In this document: positions 40,240 to 49,059 of the stretch, piece by piece | Numbering within the stretch: the stretch's first letter is position 1 | How the letters are laid out: every line of letters starts with the position of its first letter | IMG/VR virus record: IMGVR_UViG_3300020166_000010 | Length of the DNA stretch: 64,000 bases | Direction: 5' to 3' (one strand) | DNA from: a virus | Position numbers and translations under genes: made by a program | Notes under the pieces: generated by a model | Seen by the model: only the letters and a program-made list of their open reading frames with translations | Database searches by the model: none | Told to the model about the DNA's origin: nothing

Positions 40240-41988
40240 TTATCCGTTTGAATGTTTTCTTAATTCTTTATCCTTTGGTGATTTTTGAGTTTTACCATAC
40301 GCATTAACATCAACTGTTGCGTTAATATCAATCTCATCCGCAGGTTGTATATAGAATCTACCTCTACCTGTGTTAAACATACTTTCAATTTCTGCTTTAT
40401 CTCTTGGTCTTGCTGGTTTTAATGTGATTTCAACAACCATTCTCTCTGGAAAATCTTGTAATCCCATAGGTCCTTCAAAATTAATTGAAGTATCTGTACA
40501 TGCTAAATTACCAATAACTACAATCGGGTTTAGTGGGTTACCAATGGTAACGTGCCACTGTCCAGTAGGATCACCAGATAATAGAGCAGCAACTGCTTGA
40601 CCACCTTGTGGAGAGTTAAACATTTTCATCATACTACCCGATAGTAAATTGTTAAGAGTATCACCAACCCCTTTCATTCCAAAATCTTTTATAGATTTTG
40701 TTATATCATCCATAGTAGATCCAGTATTGTTACCTGTAAAATCTGAAACTACAGATTTCATAAATCCTCCATAATCTCCATTTTTTAATAAATCGACATT
40801 ACCTAATGGTCTTGCAACAGATCCATCTCCAATATACCTAACATCTCCACCCCAGAAAGGTGCGTTATTATATGTTAAAGCTAACATGTTGGCCAATTGA
40901 TCTAACATTAATATTTTTGGATTTGCTCCTCCTAAATCTCTAAGTTCATATTCAAATTTTAGTTTAAATTCCTGATCAAACTTTAAACCTTGTTCTCTAA
41001 CTAATGTTTTCTTAATAACATTAAGCGGACCAAATACGTGATTAGGATATGTATTGCTAAATGAATCATAACCTGCACCGCCATTATCTAATCTTTCTTG
41101 TTGTGCCTGTGTTCTACCTGACGCCGCATTACTTGCAGCTTTAAGTACTTTGTTATTGTTAATTATAGCACCGACTTTACCTGAACTTGCATTGTTCTGT
41201 GACTGTACTGTTTGAACCTCTGCTTCTGCTTCTTTCCAATTAAACCCATGTGAAAATTTCATGATTTCCGCCATAGTATTTCCAGTTGTTTCGCTTAACC
41301 ATGTAACTGCTCTTGCGATATCAGGCTCTTGTGAGTTTGCTCCTGTTAATCCTAAAGGACTAATGATATCATCAGGCGCAGGGCCTGTGAATCTTCGTAG
41401 AGTTATCATCATATTGTTTGGAATTCTACCAAAGTATTTCGCCATGGCAAAATCTGAATATTGATATTTATATCCATTACTACCGCCAGCATCCGTTATT
41501 TCTATAATTCTGGAAGCGGTCGGGTTAATTAAAGTTCTTGGATCTATTTTGTTAAAAAACTTACTTTTATTTGAATCACCCTTACCTCCTTCTCCAAATA
41601 ATGGAGTACCTCTAAAATTAACTAATGAATATTTATTAAAAAGAGAATATGGTCTTTTACCTAAAGTTATGTTGGCGTTTCCTTCTCCATCTTTATGTTT
41701 ATATGAATCTACGTCTTGATTGTAAAAAACATCAACATTTCTAGAAGCTCTAGTTTCTTGTGTAATTGCATTAACGCTCGCTGCGATGTTTAAACTAGAA
41801 TCTTCTTCAATAGAAGATTTTAAAGAGTTTTCATTGTTCTTAGTTCTTAATTGAGCATTAACCCCATCAGGGTTTTCAATATCGAATAAGTCGTTAAGTT
41901 TATCTTTGAGTGTACTAACCCCTAATTCGCTCACTTGCGTGATTGCGTCACTTGAGTTATTTATACCTCCACTAATGTCTAAGCTCAT
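40240..41988 (-). CDS. baseplate/tail-tube initiator-like structural protein
   Basis: C-terminal IGNLACTDTSINF...FP..MVVEITLK tube-like fold; upstream of the gp53-like gene. Confidence 0.5.
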   Translation of the reverse strand: MSLDISGGINNSSDAITQVSELGVSTLKDKLNDLFDIENPDGVNAQLRTKNNENSLKSSIEEDSSLNIAASVNAITQETRASRNVDVFYNQDVDSYKHKDGEGNANITLGKRPYSLFNKYSLVNFRGTPLFGEGGKGDSNKSKFFNKIDPRTLINPTASRIIEITDAGGSNGYKYQYSDFAMAKYFGRIPNNMMITLRRFTGPAPDDIISPLGLTGANSQEPDIARAVTWLSETTGNTMAEIMKFSHGFNWKEAEAEVQTVQSQNNASSGKVGAIINNNKVLKAASNAASGRTQAQQERLDNGGAGYDSFSNTYPNHVFGPLNVIKKTLVREQGLKFDQEFKLKFEYELRDLGGANPKILMLDQLANMLALTYNNAPFWGGDVRYIGDGSVARPLGNVDLLKNGDYGGFMKSVVSDFTGNNTGSTMDDITKSIKDFGMKGVGDTLNNLLSGSMMKMFNSPQGGQAVAALLSGDPTGQWHVTIGNPLNPIVVIGNLACTDTSINFEGPMGLQDFPERMVVEITLKPARPRDKAEIESMFNTGRGRFYIQPADEIDINATVDVNAYGKTQKSPKDKELRKHSNG

Positions 41989-42024
41989 ATATATTATTAC
42001 TATTGTTTTTATACGTAGTAAGTA

Positions 42025-42032
42025 TATATATT
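42025..42032 (-). promoter_or_regulatory. late-type promoter motif AATATATA
   Basis: Heads the baseplate operon. Confidence 0.6.
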
Positions 42033-42044
42033 AAGATTAATCTA

Positions 42045-42635
42045 CTACCCTTTTAAGTTATCATACTCTGGGCCCATTGGTCGAAATAATAATTTGTTGA
42101 AGTATTCTGGATCTGCAGGTACGCGATCCCCTAGAAACTTTTTAAGATGTGCCTCGAAGACTCCTTTAGATTCATAATAATATTTACCCTTGGAATAAGA
42201 AACCCTTGAGGACTTTTCATATAGCTCCCTGATCTCTTTTTCAATTAAAAAATCTTGAATATTAAGATAAAGCTCCTGTACTTGGTTAAATGTTTTAGTA
42301 CACATCACAGAATCTACAGTAATCATATAGGTTTCGGAATTAGCGTCTAAATGTTTTTGAAGTTCTTTTTTATTTTTAATATTAGATCTATTAAATCCAA
42401 AAACAGTAGTTCCACCATTAAAATTCTTTTCAAACTTCATTCCAAAGAAATATCTTTTAAGAAAATTAATATCATCGTAGAACTTAACTATTCTAACATG
42501 ATACTTCGGCATTGTTTCGTCGAATTTCACATCGTATATTAATACTCTAACTGGGAAAACAATATTTGAATATCTAGAGTTTGAAATAAGAGCATGGACA
42601 TGTTCACCTTTATTAAATAAGCGATGTCTAATCAT
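42045..42635 (-). CDS. hypothetical protein
   Basis: 196 aa ORF, coupled to the upstream gene. Confidence 0.65.
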   Translation of the reverse strand: MIRHRLFNKGEHVHALISNSRYSNIVFPVRVLIYDVKFDETMPKYHVRIVKFYDDINFLKRYFFGMKFEKNFNGGTTVFGFNRSNIKNKKELQKHLDANSETYMITVDSVMCTKTFNQVQELYLNIQDFLIEKEIRELYEKSSRVSYSKGKYYYESKGVFEAHLKKFLGDRVPADPEYFNKLLFRPMGPEYDNLKG

Positions 42636-43035
42636 TGTCTACAAATTTAACGAAGTCGAATTGATTTAATATATTTTTACTTGGTACTTTATCCATGTTT
42701 AAAGAATTAAGAATAAATTCTATTTTCATGTCAGTGTAACTAGCGACCATCTTTTTAAAATTAGATATAACAGTAGGATCTAGATCTCTGAATGTATATA
42801 TTATTGTTGTGGTTTTTTTCTTTTCAGAATTTATCGTAGTTCTAAATGAATTCATAATATTTAAACCTATCACGGAATCGCTAGGTTCGTTACTATATGG
42901 ATCTGCTTTAATTAACTTGTTTTTAATAATAGAAAAGTCGATGACAGTCGAGTTCGGATCTTCAATTGCTCTTACAAACTTATTAAAATCTCTTTTTGAC
43001 TTACACCAAACACATTCTATCTTTATGTTATCCAT
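42628..43035 (-). CDS. hypothetical protein
   Basis: ORF track 42628..43050; ATG at 43035 preferred. Confidence 0.6.
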   Translation of the reverse strand: MDNIKIECVWCKSKRDFNKFVRAIEDPNSTVIDFSIIKNKLIKADPYSNEPSDSVIGLNIMNSFRTTINSEKKKTTTIIYTFRDLDPTVISNFKKMVASYTDMKIEFILNSLNMDKVPSKNILNQFDFVKFVDND

Positions 43036-43342
43036 TATTAGTTTGTTCAAGGTTCGATATACTCGCCTTGAGATTCTTTATTTTAAAGGAGATTTCCTTT
43101 TCAGTTGGTTTGTAATTACTTCCCCAATCACTGTTTATTTGTATTTGGTTTTTAGAATTTGAATTACCAAACTCTAATCCCAAATCAATACAGAGTTCTT
43201 CGATGAATTTTATTTTATTTAAAATAGAATCAAACTCATACACCGTAGTTGATTCGTATTCTTCACCTCCGCCGTTTATATTATCGTCGTAAACCGATTT
43301 TATTACGCCATTGTCTGCTAGCGTTATTTTAATTTCCTGCAT
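43028..43342 (-). CDS. hypothetical protein
   Basis: 104 aa ORF in an overlapping chain. Confidence 0.65.
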   Translation of the reverse strand: MQEIKITLADNGVIKSVYDDNINGGGEEYESTTVYEFDSILNKIKFIEELCIDLGLEFGNSNSKNQIQINSDWGSNYKPTEKEISFKIKNLKASISNLEQTNNG

Positions 43343-43712
43343 TTTTTCTACCAGCTAAAGATTGTTGAGCTTCTTTTCTTAATACGTTTGCCTGCTTTTT
43401 GTCGGCTCTGTAAGTTTCTCTATCTTTAACAGCAGTAAGCGTCCATGCTTCTTCTAATTTTGCTACTTCTTCTGCGTTATATCCAGAAGCTGTCCATGAT
43501 TCTTTTAATTTATTTAGACTTACGATCAACTGTTCTTCAATAGAATCTAATCTTCTTTTTTCATTAGCTGCTTCCATTGCTCGACCGTCTTCTGCCATTT
43601 TATTGTGCCATGCAATTCCTTGCTCTGAAAATCTTCCAAACATATTTTTTATTTTTAAAAAACCTGCTTGCTTAAACTCTCCTCTTCTTTGTCTTCTTGA
43701 TGCTGTTGCCAT
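43329..43712 (-). CDS. hypothetical basic helical protein
   Basis: 127 aa; a GATAAATA variant motif lies at 43741-43748. Confidence 0.65.
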   Translation of the reverse strand: MATASRRQRRGEFKQAGFLKIKNMFGRFSEQGIAWHNKMAEDGRAMEAANEKRRLDSIEEQLIVSLNKLKESWTASGYNAEEVAKLEEAWTLTAVKDRETYRADKKQANVLRKEAQQSLAGRKNAGN

Positions 43713-43757
43713 TATGTTCTTGTATTATGTTGTTAAATATTATTTATCTAAATTATA

Positions 43758-44267
43758 TTAGCTGTAGTATTCTAATAAAAAATCAGTAACGTTAGCTTTG
43801 ATATATTCTTGTAATTTGTTTATCTCTATCTGTGACATAGCTACTTCTGAAATTTCCTGATTAAGATCTTCTGTTTCCATACCTTCACCTAACATTGAGT
43901 AAAGTTGAGGTGTTGGAATATTAAGATTGATTTGAATAGGAACATTCACCACGTTTTTCTTGCTCATCTTTAATATCATTTTACCGAGTACTGAAGGTTC
44001 TACTTCAGCCGGGCCTTGTGATACTACAGGTGGAGTCGTAACATCTACTTTTTCTTTTTTTACCGGTGTTAGCGGGTTAGCACCTGGAAACGGTACTTCT
44101 CCGTCAATAATTGGCTCTAGAAATTCTGATAAAACACTCTTGAATATTCTTTGTCCATTTGTAAAATTTACAAATTCACCGTCGTCAGATTCAACATCGA
44201 CGATATCGCCGAAGTGTTCTCCTTTTTTCCATTGATATTGTTTTAAATCACCTTGCACTTCTGTCAT
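43758..44267 (-). CDS. hypothetical protein
   Basis: 169 aa; middle-type promoter upstream. Confidence 0.65.
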   Translation of the reverse strand: MTEVQGDLKQYQWKKGEHFGDIVDVESDDGEFVNFTNGQRIFKSVLSEFLEPIIDGEVPFPGANPLTPVKKEKVDVTTPPVVSQGPAEVEPSVLGKMILKMSKKNVVNVPIQINLNIPTPQLYSMLGEGMETEDLNQEISEVAMSQIEINKLQEYIKANVTDFLLEYYS

Positions 44268-44284
44268 TTTAAATTATTTAATAG

Positions 44285-44310
44285 TTATACTAAAAAAATC
44301 TATTTTGTTT
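44285..44310 (-). promoter_or_regulatory. middle-type promoter AAAC-N16-GTATAA
   Basis: Exact 16 nt spacer, as in five other copies. Confidence 0.65.
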
Positions 44311-44488
44311 ATTTTAAAGCTCCTATGTGATCCTCTACGAATTCTTCAAGATAGTTTATTGATTCACTAGGGCCTATCACCGCGTCAGGACTCGTTACGT
44401 ACATTTTATAAAAGAAAGCGTCACCTAACTCGATTCTTTTTCTTTTTAAATCTTCTAATTCTGGTAGATATCTTTTATTGAATCCCAT
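44309..44488 (-). CDS. small hypothetical protein missed by the ORF track (59 aa, MGFNKRYLPELEDL...)
   Basis: Manual translation; fills the gap and overlaps the dCMP deaminase stop. Confidence 0.6.
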   Translation of the reverse strand: MGFNKRYLPELEDLKRKRIELGDAFFYKMYVTSPDAVIGPSESINYLEEFVEDHIGALK

Positions 44489-44990
44489 TCCATGTATTTA
44501 CTTGTTTAACTTCAATTCCTGCGGTTTCTAAGAGCTCAACTCCGCTCATGTCTCTGTATTCTTCTGTATAATATACCATTTTAATTCCAGCTTGTATAAT
44601 TAACTTAGCACATCCAAAACATGGACATGTTGTAGTGTATAGATCAGCACCAACACAACTCATAGTCGATTTTGCAACTTTCATAATTGCATTTGATTCT
44701 GCGTGTAAAACAGCAGGTTTTGTTATTGCACCATGTTTGTGGCAAACACCATTGTTACATTCATATCCCTGTTCTGCTAAATCAACAGCGAGGTCTGGGT
44801 TTTCGTAATATCTAGTATCTGTTTCTTCACATGAATTATCAAACCCATGAGGCATTCCATTATAACCGAATGAAATTACTTGATGATCTTTTACGATGAC
44901 ACACCCTACTTTACGTCTTTCTGCGTAACTAAGTTGAGCAAACTGATATGCTGTTTGCATGTATACTAATTCTATTGGTATTCTTGGCAT
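44475..44990 (-). CDS. dCMP deaminase
   Basis: KVGCVIV, GYNGMPHG, HAESNAI, PCFGCAKLIIQAGI. Confidence 0.92.
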   Translation of the reverse strand: MPRIPIELVYMQTAYQFAQLSYAERRKVGCVIVKDHQVISFGYNGMPHGFDNSCEETDTRYYENPDLAVDLAEQGYECNNGVCHKHGAITKPAVLHAESNAIMKVAKSTMSCVGADLYTTTCPCFGCAKLIIQAGIKMVYYTEEYRDMSGVELLETAGIEVKQVNTWNGIQ

Positions 44991-45008
44991 ATTATTATAT
45001 TATAATAT

Positions 45009-45034
45009 TTATACCAATTAGTCGGGTATTGTTT
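45009..45034 (-). promoter_or_regulatory. middle-type promoter AAAC-N16-GTATAA
   Basis: Directly after a terminator and before the dCMP deaminase. Confidence 0.68.
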
Positions 45035-45036
45035 AC

Positions 45037-45065
45037 AAAAAAAGCCCGGATTTCTCCAGGCTTTT
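45037..45065 (-). terminator. intrinsic terminator
   Basis: Minus strand AAAAGCCTGGA-GAAA-TCCGGGCTTTTTTT. Confidence 0.85.
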
Positions 45066-45086
45066 AGTTTTATATTTAAGAATGAA

Positions 45087-46274
45087 TTACTCTACATCAG
45101 TAGCGTCGTCTGCTAATTCAGATTCTTTCATTTCGTTAATTTTAGTAGTATATGATTCGATCATTGAATTACAAGCTGCTTCATATGCTTCAGTTGAATA
45201 ATCTTCTTTCATTTCTTTAAGAGCTCCAGCTGCTAATGCCGCAACTAATGCTGCGTTTTCAGCCATGTAAGATTCTACAGTGTGAGAGTCATGCGCGTCT
45301 TCTTCCCATACTTTAGCTTCGTTTTTACAAGATTCATAAACTTCTTTTAACATTGCTGCTACTGCGATAGCAGCTGCAGGATTTTCGTTTACTTCTTCAG
45401 TCTCTTCAGATTCTTTAACTCCTAAAAAGTCTGCTGCTGCTGCTTTTAATTCGTCATAAGTATATTTACCAGTTAATGCGTCATCAAGAATTGTTCCTCC
45501 TTTTTTACCAATCGCGTATAATGATACGTGATCAAATCCTAACCAAGGTCCAACGAATTCGTCTGATGCTTTTAAACCTAAATCTGTAGATAATGTCCAT
45601 GATAAAGATCTTCTTCCTAAGAATTGGTCATTATAACCTAATTTACCAGCTTTAATATAACCTGATGCGTTTACAGCTTCTTCAATTGCTTCAGCTTCTT
45701 CGACTTTAAAAGTTTCTCCGTCGAATTCAAATTCATCTTCACCAGCTTCTTTAGCTTTTCTAACTGCGTCTCCGAAAGCATTACCTTCTTCAACCTCTTC
45801 AGTTTCTTCAACTTCTTCAGTTTCTTCAACCTCTTCAGATTCTTCAACTTTAAAAGTTTCTCCGTCAAATTCAAATTCAGTTTCACCAGCTTCTTTAGCT
45901 TTTCTAACTGCATCTCCGAAAGCATTACCTTCTTCAATTGCTTTAACTTTAACAGTAAATGTCTCTTCTGATTCTTCGATGTATTCTGCTAAGTCAGCAT
46001 CGTCCCATCCGTATTGAGAATCTGCTAATACTGTTTCAAGATCTTCTCTTTTACCTGTTAGTTCAACTTCTGGAAATCCTGAAGGACCGTCCTGGTCGAT
46101 AACTTCCATAGAAACTTTGTTTTTCTTAAGTAATTTTGCAAGACCTTTTGATTTTGGGTCAACTGCATCCATCACAACAGAAGCTTCCTGAACTTCTAAA
46201 TTGTTAATTTCTTCTTGATTGGCACTAGCTTGCTTTTCCGCAACGTACTGCTCAAACGATTTTAATTTAGCCAT
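45087..46274 (-). CDS. very acidic, modular head/internal protein with capsid-targeting-like N-terminus
   Basis: MAKLKSFEQYVAE start; many (I/V)xE sites; duplicated 32 aa module. Confidence 0.6.
   Translation of the reverse strand: MAKLKSFEQYVAEKQASANQEEINNLEVQEASVVMDAVDPKSKGLAKLLKKNKVSMEVIDQDGPSGFPEVELTGKREDLETVLADSQYGWDDADLAEYIEESEETFTVKVKAIEEGNAFGDAVRKAKEAGETEFEFDGETFKVEESEEVEETEEVEETEEVEEGNAFGDAVRKAKEAGEDEFEFDGETFKVEEAEAIEEAVNASGYIKAGKLGYNDQFLGRRSLSWTLSTDLGLKASDEFVGPWLGFDHVSLYAIGKKGGTILDDALTGKYTYDELKAAAADFLGVKESEETEEVNENPAAAIAVAAMLKEVYESCKNEAKVWEEDAHDSHTVESYMAENAALVAALAAGALKEMKEDYSTEAYEAACNSMIESYTTKINEMKESELADDATDVE
45696..45937. repeat. two ~98 bp direct repeats (45696-45793, 45840-45937) separated by short EEVEET-coding tandem units
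   Basis: Encode EEGNAFGDAVRKAKEAGExEFEFDGETFKVEE twice. Confidence 0.9.
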
Positions 46275-46309
46275 AATATAATTTATTTTATTGTTTTTTA
46301 TTATTAATC

Positions 46310-46317
46310 TATATATC
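46310..46317 (-). promoter_or_regulatory. late-type promoter motif GATATATA
   Basis: Upstream of 46274. Confidence 0.6.
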
Positions 46318-46323
46318 TATGAA

Positions 46324-47355
46324 TTAAATGATAGTTTCTCTACCATCAATAACGTCCTGGTAATTAACTCTACCCTTAGATCTTTTAATTTGATCTTCGT
46401 TTTCTTTTAAGTTTATTTTATAAATAGGTCTAATATATTCTTCATTTAAATACGTCTTGAATTCCTGTGGCAGCTTTTCTCCATAAAAATCCTCATATAC
46501 TGCAACATAAACTCTAGCCATTTTATCTGCTGCCATTCCTGAAGCTGAATTGATTTCTGCAACCCAACAATCGCCAGATTTATCTACCATTAAATCAATT
46601 GACCAAAGACCAAGCTTTAATTTTTCTCTAACAGTTTTGCAGATATCAGTTATTTTATCCATAAAATCTAATTTACTTGTGTCTTGATCGACATACGTAA
46701 ATTCAGTTTTTTCACCTGATTTTTTATCTTTAATTTCATTTTCAGTTGCTGATACTCTTTCATGAACTAATACCACAGTATCATTTACTAATAAAATTCT
46801 AAACTCAGTATCTAAGTCTTTAGCCTCTGAATAGTTTTGAAATTCCCCTTTACTTTTTTCTAAGTCTTCATAAGTATCAAAAATCTCAATACCCATTCCG
46901 GAGTGTCCATCATCTGGTTTTGCAATTACAGGAAATTCTAAATCCTTCGCATCTTCTTTTTTATAAACAGCCTTTGGTATAAAATCTGAATCTTGAAACA
47001 TTTTATAAAAGTCAGTTTTATTACCGCTAATCTTCATAGCTTCTGGTAAATTATACATATCATCTTCTGATATACCGTACTTCTCTAAAAAATCTAAACC
47101 TTCTTTTGAGTTTCCACCATAATAAATAAGAGGTAGTTTTGAATTAACTTCCAAGTCTTTTCCATAATCTCCTTTAGCATAAAAGGCATTATATAGTTCT
47201 TTTAAACAAATTTCGTTTACGTCGCCGTAAATACTATTGTTTGTGCCTGTAAGGCCTTTTACCTCTTCTCCTGCTAATATAAAATTAACTTTTTTTAGAT
47301 AATCTTTATTAGACTTTTCAAGTAGAAATTTCTCAAATAGTTTTACTTTTTTCAT
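46324..47355 (-). CDS. ATP-grasp (RimK-like) ligase with capsid-targeting-like N-terminus
   Basis: FPVIAKPDDGHSGMGI, EFRILLV, SIDLM...VAEINSASGM; start MKKVKLFEKFLLE; late motif at 47378-47385. Confidence 0.8.
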   Translation of the reverse strand: MKKVKLFEKFLLEKSNKDYLKKVNFILAGEEVKGLTGTNNSIYGDVNEICLKELYNAFYAKGDYGKDLEVNSKLPLIYYGGNSKEGLDFLEKYGISEDDMYNLPEAMKISGNKTDFYKMFQDSDFIPKAVYKKEDAKDLEFPVIAKPDDGHSGMGIEIFDTYEDLEKSKGEFQNYSEAKDLDTEFRILLVNDTVVLVHERVSATENEIKDKKSGEKTEFTYVDQDTSKLDFMDKITDICKTVREKLKLGLWSIDLMVDKSGDCWVAEINSASGMAADKMARVYVAVYEDFYGEKLPQEFKTYLNEEYIRPIYKINLKENEDQIKRSKGRVNYQDVIDGRETII

Positions 47356-47369
47356 GATAGCTTTTTTAT

Positions 47370-47717
47370 TTATACCCTATATATCTTGATCTTAAGATCT
47401 GATGTTCCTGGTAATATTCTATGAATAACTCCCGTTGGTATTTTTATATCTACGCCGATTATGAGTGGTGTTGGTAATTCATTGTCATATTGAAATCTCC
47501 AGTCGGAATCTTCTAATACTTCAATAACCCTATCTTCAGGGTCGCTGTGCCATTTATATAAGTGTTCTGGATAGCTTGGATCGAATGTTCTTATAATATA
47601 ACCATCATACTGCTCTTCAACGAAAGGCTTAGTTTGATCATTTATGTTAGATATCAATTCTTCCATTGACATGCTACCACATTTACAAGATTTACATTTA
47701 CAATCTTTATCTACCAT
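47370..47717 (-). CDS. small cupin-fold protein with Cys-rich N-terminus
   Basis: WHSDPEDR...WRFQYDNELP...IPTGVIHRI; ATG at 47717 overlapping the upstream stop preferred. Confidence 0.65.
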   Translation of the reverse strand: MVDKDCKCKSCKCGSMSMEELISNINDQTKPFVEEQYDGYIIRTFDPSYPEHLYKWHSDPEDRVIEVLEDSDWRFQYDNELPTPLIIGVDIKIPTGVIHRILPGTSDLKIKIYRV

Positions 47718-48250
47718 GGCTGATCTGATTTTAAACCTAATTGTTTTCCAAAAAGAGTTGGTCCATAACATGCCCAGAATCCAGCTTTCATTGGATCCAT
47801 TTTTTCTGCTTTATCGCAACCATGTCTCGCCCAGAAACTAGCAGCTTTTCCAGGATTATCATTTTTAACTGTAAGGTTTGGATCTCCCCATTCTACCTTT
47901 TTTGCTAATACATTCCCTTCTTTGTCTTTTCTACCTCCGTCTCTATATACTATAAACTTCTTACCTCCACCTCGTTCTGGCGAATCTAATTTAACTTTAA
48001 TTGTCTTTCCTCCGCGTGGAGTATAAAGAGCAGGTTTACCTACATCTAGATTTTTAGCCATCCAGCCTGACGGTCCTTTTAGAATAATGTTATTTTTATC
48101 CCAGTATTCTTTAACCTCTTCGAATAGTTTAGAATAGGCATCACTACCTAATCTAAAGAATGAATTAGTTAAATCTAAATCTTCTGCAATATGTGCCTTT
48201 AATTCTGGTGAAACCTTTTCCCAAGCTTCAAATGTTTTTATAAATTTCAT
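47711..48250 (-). CDS. conserved-type phage protein with capsid-targeting-like N-terminus
   Basis: MKFIKTFEAW start (48250); C-terminal KKVEWGDP...SFWARHGC...AGFWAC domain. Confidence 0.7.
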   Translation of the reverse strand: MKFIKTFEAWEKVSPELKAHIAEDLDLTNSFFRLGSDAYSKLFEEVKEYWDKNNIILKGPSGWMAKNLDVGKPALYTPRGGKTIKVKLDSPERGGGKKFIVYRDGGRKDKEGNVLAKKVEWGDPNLTVKNDNPGKAASFWARHGCDKAEKMDPMKAGFWACYGPTLFGKQLGLKSDQPW

Positions 48251-48254
48251 ATTT

Positions 48255-48560
48255 CTATTTTTCCATGTTATCAATTAAATCCTGTCGGTCTAATTGTTTA
48301 TAAACTTCTTTACGAACCTTTTCCATTTTATCAGCATACTTTGGGTCGTCATTACGATTAAACACAACCTGCTGGGTTAGTGAACCACTGATCTTCTTAA
48401 CATCACCCTTACGAGTCTTAATTAACCATGCTGCTAAATCTTTAATCCCTAAATCTTTAAACCTACCCTCAGCCGGAGGTGCATCTGACTTGTTAAAGTC
48501 TGGAGCTCCTGCTGGTTTTTTCTCTGTAATGAATTGTTCGAATAACTTTATAAATTTCAT
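48255..48560 (-). CDS. hypothetical protein with capsid-targeting-like N-terminus
   Basis: MKFIKLFEQFITE start at 48560, 1 nt after the upstream stop. Confidence 0.7.
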   Translation of the reverse strand: MKFIKLFEQFITEKKPAGAPDFNKSDAPPAEGRFKDLGIKDLAAWLIKTRKGDVKKISGSLTQQVVFNRNDDPKYADKMEKVRKEVYKQLDRQDLIDNMEK

Positions 48561-48561
48561 G

Positions 48562-49026
48562 TTAATCTTCTTTTGATTTGAATGGTAACTTTTTATCGTG
48601 ACCTCCGTCTCTAACTTCTTTAGCAACGTCGGAATCAGCACCGCCCCAAGTTCCTTTTCCTTTTTCTAAGAATGCATTTATTCTGGCATAGCCCCATCCT
48701 TCTTGTGTCATACCTGGATGGTGTCCACCGTTCCAAGCGTCCATTCCACGTCTCATTATGATTCTCAATAAAGGTACAGGTACTCCACTTTCTTTTGATT
48801 TGTTCTTGATTCCAGTTTCTACAGCCTTACCTTTAAGAGGTCCTCTGTCTCCTTTAGCCTTTTCTGCTTCATTAACAGATTCTCCTAAAACTGGCGTATT
48901 ATCATGACCACATTTGTGGCATATGTAAGGATCTTCACCGCCTTCGTCTAATCTCCAAGACCAGTCACACCCTTCGCAAGATACTTTATTTGCTGAAAAC
49001 TCTTCAAACAATTTAACGTATTTCAT
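48562..49026 (-). CDS. Zn-ribbon plus conserved helical domain protein with capsid-targeting-like N-terminus
   Basis: MKYVKLFEEF; CxxC...CxxC; RRGMDAW..GH.PG....WGYARINAF. Confidence 0.7.
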   Translation of the reverse strand: MKYVKLFEEFSANKVSCEGCDWSWRLDEGGEDPYICHKCGHDNTPVLGESVNEAEKAKGDRGPLKGKAVETGIKNKSKESGVPVPLLRIIMRRGMDAWNGGHHPGMTQEGWGYARINAFLEKGKGTWGGADSDVAKEVRDGGHDKKLPFKSKED

Positions 49027-49051
49027 TTTCTTTTAATCTTTGTTTATACTC

Positions 49052-49059
49052 TATATATC
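49052..49059 (-). promoter_or_regulatory. late-type promoter motif GATATATA
   Basis: Overlaps the uvsE stop; heads the capsid-targeted cluster. Confidence 0.62.

Noticed and set aside
45671-45937. 88 aa Lys/Leu-rich alternative-frame ORF
   Set aside because: Frame shadow of the Glu-rich repeat in the 45087..46274 gene
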